Positions 1-11,378 of a stretch of DNA of 64,000 bases are shown in pieces; the stretch's first letter is position 1; each line of letters opens with the position of its first letter. The notes beneath the pieces were generated by a model. The model saw only the letters and a program-made list of their open reading frames with translations. It was not told the DNA's origin and made no database searches. The DNA comes from Tubiluchus corallicola (Eukaryota; Animalia; Priapulida). The position numbers and the translations under genes were made by a program. The stretch spans positions 1 through 64,000 of the forward strand of contig JAQGDQ010000026.1 in the NCBI GenBank assembly GCA_030141605.1, read 5' to 3'.

Positions 1-770
1 AAACTTGTGCAACAGATTTTAAGCTTTTTTAATTTGCTCAAAAAATGATTCTGAACTGTAAACATGACTTAAATTTGTATAGACATAATCCTATATTTAT
101 CCATAACATATAAATTAAAACATTTATTAAAAATTTATTTTTCATTGCATTTTATTGTGTCTAGAAATAAGATGTAATGATAATTACCCACATGCTATGA
201 TATATATCATGATACTCTTCTGGGTTCACATCATGCAGTTACAATATCATGACACAAACAAAATTCATTGCTATGCCTTTTTAAACACATTCACAAAACT
301 AAATTATATACATCACATTCTATTTCTTTTCACACACTGATTCAACAGAATGAACGTTACATACAATCAAATGACTTAATGTATTATATGTTGCGTAACT
401 ATGAATACTTCTCCTACAATAATAAAATTTCGATATTTATAGATAAATAACATTATCATATTATTACTTCACTGTGAAACCATTAACTGCAGGTATTCAT
501 TCACATGTTGTGCAAATAAACAATAAGTAAGAAATGAAGCTGTCTTGCATCTTCAGACAAAGGATTTAGCCTAACAACAACGACAATTATGACTGCAATG
601 AGCAATGAGGACAAGATAACTTTGGCAAATTTCAGTCATTTGTACAAAAATGATAATAAAAAGCATAATTAAAATAAAAACAATTGCTGTAAATTGCAAA
701 ACAAAGGTTAGCTTAAAAATAACAAGAATAAAAAAGAAGGTGACTACATATTATCCTGACACCAATGATA

Positions 771-1722
771 TCAAGTTCTCCAGTTTATTTCCACTTCATC
801 AGTTCTGTATCGTTGGGTGCACGTAGTTTCAAGGAATGGTGTTACCTGGCCAACACGGAACATTTCAAGCCCTGCTTGAGCTATCATGGCGCCATTGTCG
901 ATGCAAAAGCGCTCATCCGTTGAAAATAATATGGCATCACGTTCACGAGCCATTATCTCCATCATTTCCTGCAGACGAAGATTGCAGCCAACACCTCCTA
1001 CAATCATCACCTCTGCTGACCCACAATGTGCCATAGCTCTTTCTGTTATTTCAACCAACATTGCAAATATTGTTTCTTGTAATGAAAAACACAAGTCTTC
1101 AGCAGTGAATTCTCCACTACTGATTAACATTTCTGCCCTGTCTTCAATATAGAACAGGAGCCCAGAAAAAGACACATCCATGCCTTTTACACAATACGGC
1201 AACGGAATAAATTTCTTGCCATTTTTAGCCTTTTGCTCTATATTATAACCAGGACTGGGGTCATTTGAAAGTTTTAGTACTCGTGCAAATCTATCTAAAC
1301 AATTCCCAACCGCTATATCAATGGTTTCACCAAAAATTCTATAGCGATTTAAAGAATAAGCAATAACTTGGGTGTTGCCACCACTCACATATAATACAGT
1401 TGGGTTATGTGCTCCTGTTACAAGTCGCCCCATTTCTATGTGACCAATACAATGATTAACCCCAATAATAGGTTTTTTCCATAGCTGGGCCACAGTGCGT
1501 GCTACTAAAGCAACAGTGATCAGTGGTGCAGCCATACCAGGTCCTTTTGTATAACAGATAACATCAATTTCCTCTGGTTTTACATTAGCTTCTTCTAGTG
1601 CTTTCTTCAGCACATCTAACACACATGCCTGATGATGTTTGGCTGTATCCTTAGGCAGAAAGCCTTGTCCAGGTGGAGTAATATAAGTTCGACGTGGATT
1701 TGCTAGAACAAGTCCATCACGA
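771..1722 (-). CDS. OSGEP: tRNA N6-threonylcarbamoyltransferase OSGEP/Kae1 (KEOPS subunit), intronless, missing the N-terminal ~19 aa (5'-disrupted gene or truncated retrocopy)
   Basis: ORF 771..1766 matches animal OSGEP continuously from [18 protein letters not shown] through TKGPG, HCIGH, VSGGNT, GVGCN, DNGAMIA to [10 protein letters not shown]. The ORF 'start' is TTG, there is an in-frame TAA at 1773-1775, and the GFEGSANK motif is absent. Confidence 0.9.
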
Positions 1723-4134
1723 GTGTAATGCTGTTTAGCGCCCACATCAAATGCAGTGTATGACAAATATGTTTATCGTTGACGAAGCAACAACGACGAT
1801 GGCTAAAAACGCAATTAAATGAAAACGAGATGTTTTATGATAAATAATACCAAGCACGACGTCTTCGTGCATTGGTTCAGTGTTCCAGTAAAAATTTTAT
1901 AGCAGAAAACATCTAAGAAATGATACGCATTTGGCTACCTTTAATTTTAACTAGGTCTAGCTCAAATCATTTGTAAGTCACTCATCTTGCACTCTTCTCA
2001 GATCTGTGGATTGGTTGAAACAGTGGCATTATTCAAAATTATGCTGTTACCATGACAGATGGGATAAAACAATATTATTAGTAAAAAGTGACTTACCAAT
2101 TCTGTCAGTAAAGCAACAACTTTGCGACTATTTATATTCATTTTTGTACCATCTCAAAAACCAAAATCAGTCAGTGTATAACTTTTCAAAGCTTAGTCAT
2201 CAATTTTTCCAGCCTACAAATAAAGATATGTTAGAATTAGACCAAAGTTTAAATAGGCTATACTGCCACTTTACTATACCTAGCATGCTTGAATGCTATT
2301 GTGTGCTGAGTGTGCTCAAATGAAAAACAGCAATATGATAGAAAAATGCTCTTGTTGCAATCTGTTTTAACCACAGCTAGTAAATAAATAAAGTGATTTG
2401 CTGCTGAAAAAAATCATAAAAGCATTTCATACATTACCTTCACATACATGACACAGAAACTTAATCTTTTCAAAACTAAACACCAAAGGTTAGCATTATT
2501 TCCAAATGCATTTATTTTCACCAAAAATCTCTGTGACCTTAAAAGTTATATTCTGCAGAAGCTCGTCAAAAGTTTAAACAGTAATGAGCTGCTATGCTAT
2601 TTATGCAAATTTATAATAGAACATTAGTTTTGTCAAAAAAAGTTTATATTTTACTGTTTATTAATGAGTGTTAAGGACACTTTTTGAAGTTAAATGTAAT
2701 CTACCAAGAATCACTGGCAAAAATATCACATTCTAAAAAAAGATGGATTATTCAGGCAAAATGTAATCATGATGATCCCACTCAGGATTATAATAAAATT
2801 ACAATAAAATTAGAATGAAATCAAGATTTTTGTATATCACAAACAAAGATAAGGAAGCAGCGCAAGTAATAGGTAACTACTAACTCAATTATGTACTCAA
2901 AAACAAAAAAAACACGATTGGAGTTCGGCATTGTTTCACCTGGCATTGAACATAAATAAAGAACTGAAGACAAGCTTTTAAAGTTATGCTACTTTGATAT
3001 TAGTAACAAAAACCCATAGACTCATATTATAGTAGAATACATTACAAACTTCAACTATGTCTAGCGTCAACTGTTTACATGACAATCCAAAGGAACTAAC
3101 CACAGCCGATCTCTACGACCTAATACTTCGTGAACGCAATGCTACAACTATGACTTAAGCTCCAACACCATACTTATGATCATAATCAGTTTGATAACTG
3201 CTCTTCCACACCAACCAGTTATGTCAGAACAAGTGGAACAACTGAACAGTGTTCTAGCAATAATCCAGATCAAACACATTTTTCGCAGTCTCAAGTTTCT
3301 ATGCCTGCGATAACACTTCTAATTGTATACCCGCTCCAGTTAGTATTTCTTCTAGCACACCTTATTGGGTTGCACCACCAAAGTACTCAGCTGACAAATT
3401 AAGATCAGCTTTTGTTGCCTTTGATAGATTAAAAACTTTGACTTTTCTTGTCATTCGATGCCTTTACTTATGTTAGAAATAATTCTTGGTTCGGTTATGT
3501 TCTACTCTTGTTGCCATCTTACAATTTCAAAGAAATTTGAATCATTTCCTTGTGATGTGCCATCAGTAATAGTTATGCAGCCTTTCATTTCAGTAGTTCA
3601 ATCATTCTGTGTATAGGTAAAGATATGCAATTAATGTTCATAGAATTTCCATAATTTTTCTACTCTGGCCTATCCTCAAGAGTATTATTTGTCATGTCAT
3701 ACACCCCAATTATCATATTGATATTCAGAAAGTGCTGAAATGGAATAAGAAATTCTTTTACAGTTCTTATGATTCGCTTATTGGTCACTGAATTATACAA
3801 CTTCAGTATACTTATTGTAATTTCTTGATGTTAGTGCCAAGTGGAGCATCTCCTTTTTGAAATGATGTTTCTACACTCCAAAAGGTTTGGATGTGACACA
3901 AAGAAAGGTTTTTATTGGCTATGGGCATTTGGCGAGTGGAAAATTTTTTGTTCTAGTTTAACAGACGATATGATGGCGTGTGTAGTGTTTTCTGTCTTCA
4001 GTTTATTTTTGTCAAATTTGCGATTATATGTGCATAATAAACAGTTGTTGCTTTTTCAAGTGTTCGTTCTTTCACGTTTATGGATTGTTGAAATCGGATG
4101 GTTTCCGACAGATGATGTGTCTAATCCATCTAAC

Positions 4135-5040
4135 TCAACGCTTTTGTATGACCTCACTCCATTCCTCCTTATTTGTTAAATCATATAAATCCTGATTTGA
4201 AATTTTCTTTGGCCATTTTATACCCAGTATCTTTCTGTACAGACGTCTTTGGAAAGCTCTGATTTCATTCTTCTGGATAATCCACAATTCAGAATTATCC
4301 ACTTTGACTATCCACAATTCAGAATTATACAAGAATACAGGTTCTACAAGTGATGACAGAATATGTAGTTTAGTTTCTTTCTATGGCAAGATTTGTAGTT
4401 TCAAAAATATTTGTGAGCTTAGAATATGCAGTGAAAGCTAATATTTTTCTGCATGGTATGTCAGCTTCAGTGCCTAGTAAACTGCCAAGGCATTTGCAAT
4501 TCTTCCAAGACGTATTCCCACCACGTTATATTGTGTATTGTTCTGTTTTGGCATCATTTATCTTTGGACTGAAGTTTTTCAGGCGGTTGGTTGCATCTTG
4601 TTTCACAGCCTAAATTTCGCCAATGATAGTTCCTATCCATGCAATATCATCAGTATACTGCATGGGCAAGAGACTCGAAGGAGATCCAAATATTGTTAAT
4701 TATGCTGTTGCTGAATCAGTATTGTATCAGGGTACTTCTTTTTAATAGTTAGCTAATTTATCTATGTTAATACAAATTATACCAAAAATGTTAATTATCA
4801 TCATGTTTTACTAATGTAATTACATGTATTTGAGCAATAAATTGAATTAAATAGTCGGTCGGATTGACTTTGGATCTAGAATTGTGTACATATGACCTAC
4901 AAGCTGTGCCGGTGGCACGCAATTTGTTTGCTTCAAGGCTGTTGCAAGATAAAATGTGAAGAGAACAGCGCTTAGACAATCACCTACCGAACACCAATGT
5001 TTAACAAAATTCTGAGCTGAATACACCCTCACATCTTACT
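4135..5040 (-). mobile_element. Decayed non-LTR retrotransposon (RTE-like) reverse transcriptase fragments
   Basis: Minus-strand peptides GDCLSAVLFTFYL (RT QG-x-LS motif), QYTDDIAWIG (~4635-4660, YADD-like) and ELW...AFQRRLYRKILGIKWPKKISNQDLY (RTE-type post-RT region), broken by frameshifts. Confidence 0.75.
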
Positions 5041-5223
5041 TGCACGGATAGATTCTGCAGCCATATACTCAACATGTGGGATTTCCTTCTGACCAAAAAT
5101 CTGACTTTTAAAATCAACAACAGAAATCACTGAAGCAAAAAAGGTTGCCGCCAATTTTGTTCGTTTTTCAATCACATTTTATTGTGCACGTTCAGTGACT
5201 TACAGTTTAAAGCTGCTGTTAAG

Positions 5224-5718
5224 CAGTGGCGGCTCGTAGCTAAAGTTAGTGGAGGGTGCTGCTTCAGAAAATGTTTAGCCATTGTTCTAAATTTAATATT
5301 GTATAAAACAAGCATAATTTATTATGTAATTTTAATCTTGTAATTTGCAATTGTAATTTTAAATAAAAACATACGAAAGTTTATACGTTAAAATATTTTT
5401 GTATATTGTATAAGTTATCACAGTTCAAACTTGATTAATTCATGGTAAGCACATGACAACTGACAACAAACTGTCTGAGCGACAGTATTTTCTTTACCTG
5501 GGCTCAGACATGTGTGTATAGGCACAAGAGCCAAACAATGTGTTGCTGGAGCGCACTGTGCTGAACTGTGAAGCAAACAGTAGTGCCCTCATGTGCGCTG
5601 ATTCCACGCAAATATAAACAAAGAACTAACAAAAAAATACTTATTGTACTGAATATTATCGATAATATCGAGTGAAAATAAGGTGCTGCAGATACACAGT
5701 ATAGATGAGCCGCCACTG
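5224..5718. mobile_element. Non-autonomous hAT-type DNA transposon (MITE)
   Basis: Terminal inverted repeats cagtggcggctc / gagccgccactg; 8-bp flanks ctgttaag vs ttgctaag (6/8) fit a hAT target-site duplication. Confidence 0.8.
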
Positions 5719-6407
5719 TTGCTAAGTGCTAACCAGTGAAAAATTGCACGTTTTTCTTCTTGTTACTGGCTGTTGTAATTTTGGTTTCATCAAAATATAA
5801 TATATAGTCTCACTAATCTATTGTATCAGTGGCGATGAATGGGCATGTGGACCGTTTTACAAGTTGCCTATTTTCTGTGGACTTGAAGATACAAACCAGC
5901 CAAAGTTTAGTGACTTAAAGATAATATTCAAACAGTTTAATTATATAGTAAACATTTTATTACTATGAAACCACTGTTCCGTAATATGAATATGCGTTTT
6001 TATAATAACTTCTGTAAGATTCACTCACAGTTGGTGTTAATCATAAACCAAATAATATAATTTAACACCAATAAACACTGAAACGATACTAAAAACAGTG
6101 ATCGTCCGATTTCAACGGGATCCTTTCTTCAAGTGACAATCACACAGTACAGCGTGAGCGGATGGTACTATAAGTATCTAACGAAATTTCGGACTTTCAG
6201 TAGACTTCACAAGAAACCTGTTGCTTGTATTGGGAAAACTAGATATCGTCTTTGGTCACACTTACCTGGCTCCCCCTAAATTTTGGTCTAAATTTACATT
6301 ATGAAAAGTGTACAGCCACCCGCTACATATTTTTGTAATATTGGTGTTAAAGACTCTTCAACGGGCAATCACTACCCCTAATGCCATATGTAATGTTTGG
6401 GTCCGTA

Positions 6408-6410
<3 letters not shown>

Positions 6411-6450
<40 letters not shown>
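6411..6450. repeat. (AC)n(AT)n compound microsatellite
   Basis: Directly visible. Confidence 0.95.
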
Positions 6451-6539
6451 TGCTATTTCAACAAATTCCAACTACTGCTTTGCTATTTGTGGATCTTCTG
6501 ACTCAATCAGATTTTGAAAATTTACTTCTGTAGTTGGTA

Positions 6540-7465
6540 GCACATTTCTTATCACCATACATTAGAATAGATGCTCTGTCATATCTTCTTCTTTACCACA
6601 TAGCGGGCACTATAGATCTCCATTAAACTTACTTCTATAATTACATTTTAGTGGTAGCATATTAAGCTTTATCTCTAAAACCCTTTTCGTCTTTTCTGGT
6701 GTTAACTGAGTCATATACTGCCTGGGTTTATTATGCTCATAAGTTAAGAACCTTAACTTAGTTTTTGAGTATATATGATGTGCACTAACTTTAATAAATT
6801 TTCTTATGTTTTCTTTTACATGCTTCTTCCAGACTGACTTTTTAAGAGTCTTTATATGCCCTAACTGTATGCCGTAACACCTAACACTTCTCTGCATCAA
6901 GGAAAACTATTTCTAACTCTGGGCCTACCCATTTGTAATATTCAATTATTCGGTAAATTGTAAAGATATGATCAGAAGTTCCTCTTTTTTGCCTCTCACC
7001 GCACTGACTTTCTGTAATCTCATTTTCTAAAAGTGCTTCATTTCTTTTCAATAATATCCTTTTGTACAATTTCATCAGTGTATTTGTTAAATATATCCCT
7101 CTTCTGTTGGTGATATCATGTCTATTGATTTTATTTTCATTTGTTTCCACTGATCAGGAATTTCAATTCCCTAACTTGGTTCAACATTCTTACTATGCTT
7201 TCTTTTAAATCTTTGCTTGCATATATTATCATTTCGTTGGTCCAACCCTGAAGGTCACCCGCCTTACGTTTTTTTTAAATCTCTTATTACTTCATCCACC
7301 TCTTCTACACTTATTTCCCTTATTTTTCTCCTTTACTTGTCTCTATAATTTGGTTGAAAATTTTATTGACTTTTTCTTCTACTTCAGATTCTGCTTCCTC
7401 TATTACGAGTAGTTCTGCATAATATTTCATATACTTCTGTTTAATTTGTCTACTGTCACTGATCA
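6540..7465 (-). mobile_element. Internally deleted non-LTR retrotransposon fragment
   Basis: RT N-terminal motifs RRGIYLTNTLMKLY...SQCG...TSDHIF...FLDAEKC abut the C-terminal region ending in the zinc-knuckle-like CPLCGKEEDMTEHLF; the RT core is missing. Confidence 0.75.
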
Positions 7466-7905
7466 CCCTGCGCGCTAGCTTACCCTTTTGCGCGATACCT
7501 TACCCGACAACAACAGTCCGTAATGCTCTGCCGAATAAAATGTGTCCACGTCAATGTCTAGGGCGACACTAACTACGCGAACTGCTGCGCTGTAGAAGTT
7601 TTCTATTTTCTGCCTTTGTACACTTTGTTTTTAGTGCATTTTCTTTCCGACATGCTCCCTTAAAGGTTTGCCATATTGTACGATGAATTTTGCCAAAAAG
7701 TTTCCGAGTTTTTGTGTTTTAACAGCTGTAATTAATGTCATATTTCGAAAGCGGCGTTTGTCTTAACTTATGCTACTAATGTACTGAAAACTTCGTGTGG
7801 AATAACCAGCGTTTACCGTTCTCATTATAACTAGTATAACTAACTAGCAGTACGTCGGTTCATTTATACGTATGATAGTAATCTGTAGTTCTATCTCAGT
7901 ATCTG

Positions 7906-8814
7906 TATTGTAGGGCGCCGAGTAACCCACTAACCGAAGTAGGACACTTCCGGTAAAAAGCGTGTGCTAAATTTGCGGAAAAGCAGTGTCGTACATGGGC
8001 AGCCCAAATAGGACCCTGGCGATTCTTGACGAGAATCGAGAATTATGATAACATCATAAAACATAAAACTAAATCTGTTTTAGGGAAAAAGCAACTTTAT
8101 AGTCTTTGATAATTTACAAAGTTATTGTATTTTTTACAATAGTATCATCAGTATTATTAGCTCCATTAAAATCATAACATTATACTAAGTAGCTAATGCT
8201 TTAAAGAGAGAAGCTATGCACACAGTTATTACAGAAATAATTACAAGTTTAGAAATCAGACAGATGCTGCTAAGCCTTCACAACACAAACAGTAATTTTT
8301 AACATTTGGGAAAAGCAAAGACAAGTAGTTTTAATAATATCAATAGTATTGTAACATGTAGGGCACTATCCTACATGGCTCGCTAGCCCATGTAGGGCAC
8401 ATAAATAGAACGTTTGCTTAGGGAGAAAACAATTATTTGTCCAAGAGGTAGTGAAATGGATCGCCTGTCCATGAAGTGAGACAAAATAAAAAAATGATAA
8501 AATGATATACCTTAAACAAATGTTGAAATCGCTAAAAAGTGGGTTTATTTCACTTCAGCAACATTAATATCGAAACCGAATTTAATATTGTCCGTTCTAC
8601 CAGCTCAGAATAAAATTCTTTTATTTTATCAGATGTATAATAAATTATTCAACGTGTATCGACGTTTTTAATTATTATTATTACATAAACAAGGACAACG
8701 GACGGTGCCAGTACACTTAACGACTTAATGACCTGTCTCTAGTGTCTTAGATGGGCTGCCATTGCACGCCAATTGTCCTACTTCGGTTAGTGGGTTACTC
8801 GGCACCAAACAATG
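7906..8814. mobile_element. Non-autonomous TIR DNA transposon (~0.9 kb)
   Basis: 33-bp inverted repeat ggcgccgagtaacccactaaccgaagtaggaca (7914-7946) vs 8774-8806 with 1 mismatch, plus a subterminal ggcagccca inverted match. Confidence 0.85.
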
Positions 8815-9289
8815 TATATAATTTTCTTTTTGTACTTTCCAATATATGTAATGTTAATTGCATATTTGTGCAATAAACTGAATTGAATTGTTAACTCAGT
8901 ACTTGGCTAGGAATATGCAGTATTAGTCGTCCCATTCTGATGATCCCGTGGCCATCCCTGGATAATTTTTTTAATGTTAGAAACTTACTTATTTGCCTGT
9001 AGGATGCTTGGAATTAGTGATGGGCCGATCAAATATGCTGTTCACCGATACTGATCAATCACAAGACAAAATATATAAATATTGCTATCATAAAAACTAT
9101 TTTAGACTGTATCTTCTTTTTCACATATTTATCACTCAGTTATTTTGCATCCATCCATATCCAATGTTAAGGCTAGAGGTAGACCCATGGATCACCTGTA
9201 ATGCCTGTTCTCTACTGGCATTAGTGTTGTATGGTGCAAGAAAAAGTTTTTTTATCCACTCATATTCTAAATTTCGTTTAAATTCATGT

Positions 9290-10390
9290 ATTGATTTAGA
9301 TGCTGTGCCTATAGTTTTGCTGCTTAGACTGTTCCAACTGTTTATTACTCGGTTGCTGAAGGTGTGCTTCCTTACATCCTGTCTGGCTCTGGGTTTATAG
9401 ATGTAAATGCTGAATTCCTTAAAACAAATGATGACTCGTCCAAAACATCAATTTTACTGCTAATTCTAAAAACCTGAATCATGTCACTTCGTTCTCGTCT
9501 GTATTGTAAAGATGGAATGCTTAATTTTCTTAGCTTTCCGTGTAATTCAAGTCACTAAATTATGGAACCAGTTTGGTAGCCCTTCGTTGTACATTTTCTA
9601 TGAGTTGTGCACCTCCTATAAACCTTGGTCCCCAAACAACATTTGCATATTCTAGGTGTGGTCTAATAAGAGTTTTGATTATCTGAACAATCATTTCATT
9701 GTTTATGTATGTAAATGTATGTTCGATGGCTCGAGGAATTCTATTGGCTTTGTTTACCACAGAGCTTGTATGATTGTGAAATTTCAGGTTCTCATCAATT
9801 AGCACACCCAAGTCTTTCTCACGGTTTGCAACCACTAATGATTTTATTATGCCTTCATTGTCTTGTATGGAATAAGTGTATTTCGGATTATCATAACCCA
9901 TGTGGAGCAATTTACATTTCTCTCTATTGAATTTTAATTGCTAAATCCTAGACCAATCAGCAAGAATGTTAATGTCCTGTTGAAATTGAACCATTGACTG
10001 ATCACTGTTTAGTGGGCTATGCATTTTTGTATCAATGCAGATATTTGATCTGGCAGGTCATTAATGAACAGAAGAAAAAGGCAAGGACCAATTACACTCC
10101 CTTGTGGGATACTGCTTAGAACATCTCGAAAATTTGACTCACTACCATTGACCATGACCTTTTGCCTTCTATTACACAGAAATTCTTCTATCTAACATAA
10201 TTCTTTGTTGCCTATTCCATAAGCTCTTAGTTTAATAAGTAATCTCCGATGTTGTACGCTGTCAAATACTTTTTGAAGTCCAGATAAACACAATCAACAG
10301 GATATCCATTGTCAAGCATATGCGTCCAATCTTCTAAAACCTCCAGCAATTGAGTTACACAAGATTTACCAGAAGAGACCCTATGTTGTT
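9290..10390 (-). mobile_element. CR1-clade LINE reverse transcriptase fragment, degenerate
   Basis: Peptides EKDLGVLIDENLKF...LIRPHLEYANVVWGP...IENVQRRATKLVP and PQGSVIGP (~10085-10110); frameshifted. Confidence 0.9.
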
Positions 10391-10749
10391 GAGCATGTCA
10401 AAAGATAATACATGTATCCCTAAAAACTTGAAAGAAGAAACTTTATTATTTATTTTAAATGATACCGTGGAGCAATAGTGCAGCAAAACAGTTTGAAGTA
10501 ATCAGAACTCAACAGTGGTACTGAAATGCTTAATCCGATACACGTATATTGTTGGTGCCTTTTGGCAGCTCATCAGGAAGGTAATTGAATGAAATATGGT
10601 TGCCATATATAAACAATAATATGCTAAACATTTCAACACTTTAGCGGTATGTAGTAATAGTAAATCTCCGGTAGTTGTAATATAACTTTTCAGATAAATA
10701 GGTTTTAAATAAATATTTTATTTCTTACATTTTCTTATAAATTCAGCAA

Positions 10750-10880
10750 TTTATAAATGGCGTGTTCAGCTTAACAGCTTACCGAACCGATCATTAATTT
10801 TGTGACAAGTCAATTAGAAAATGTTCGCCAATCACTACTGAACGCCACTGTTCACCATTCACTGATTGGTGCTCGGTCCA
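10750..10880. promoter_or_regulatory. Probable (bidirectional) promoter upstream of LMBRD2
   Basis: Local CpG enrichment, oppositely oriented CCAAT boxes (10828-10832 and ATTGG 10865-10869), YY1-like aaatggcg (10755-10762), minus-strand donor G|GTAAGC at 10782. Confidence 0.4.
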
Positions 10881-11378
10881 TTACTAGTTGAGATTTTGCC
10901 CTGCTTATGTTTACAGTAGTTTTATTTATTGAAGCATATTTATTTGTTGAGGTTTTTTTTCTTCTGGAGTCCATCTTAGTGTGGCTAATCAAGCTATTGT
11001 CATGCCTGGTTAACTAAATTATAATAAGCTGTGAAAATTGTCTTTTGTTTTTGTATCATTTTTGTATTTAGAAACATGGCTACAGATAACTCGAGTCCCT
11101 CTCTTAGTCTTCCGACATCTCACCCTTTAAATTTTGCAAATTATTATTATCTTGTATCTCATAATTATTTAGAAGTCAAAATAAATATTTTATTCTGTTT
11201 CTTCTGTTCTATAGTTTTATAATCTGCAACTGAAAAAAACCTGACTGGTTTTGGGCAATAGCATGATTTTATTGTTATCCTTGTGAGTTTTTCTGTCTGA
11301 CAGAGTTTCAAGTGTCAAGTAACACGGCAAACATAAACAGTTAAGTAGAAATGTAAGCACTTTCTGTTACAGGGCAAA

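Noticed and set aside
771-1766. Intronless OSGEP as a horizontally acquired bacterial tsaD or archaeal kae1
   Set aside because: The protein is clearly animal-type OSGEP along its whole length and its base composition matches the host
3180-3800. Possible Penelope GIY-YIG endonuclease remnant
   Set aside because: Coding-like texture, but I could not recover a convincing motif in any frame
4277-4329. Short tandem duplication atccacaattcagaattat
   Set aside because: Local duplication inside a dead LINE; no functional implication
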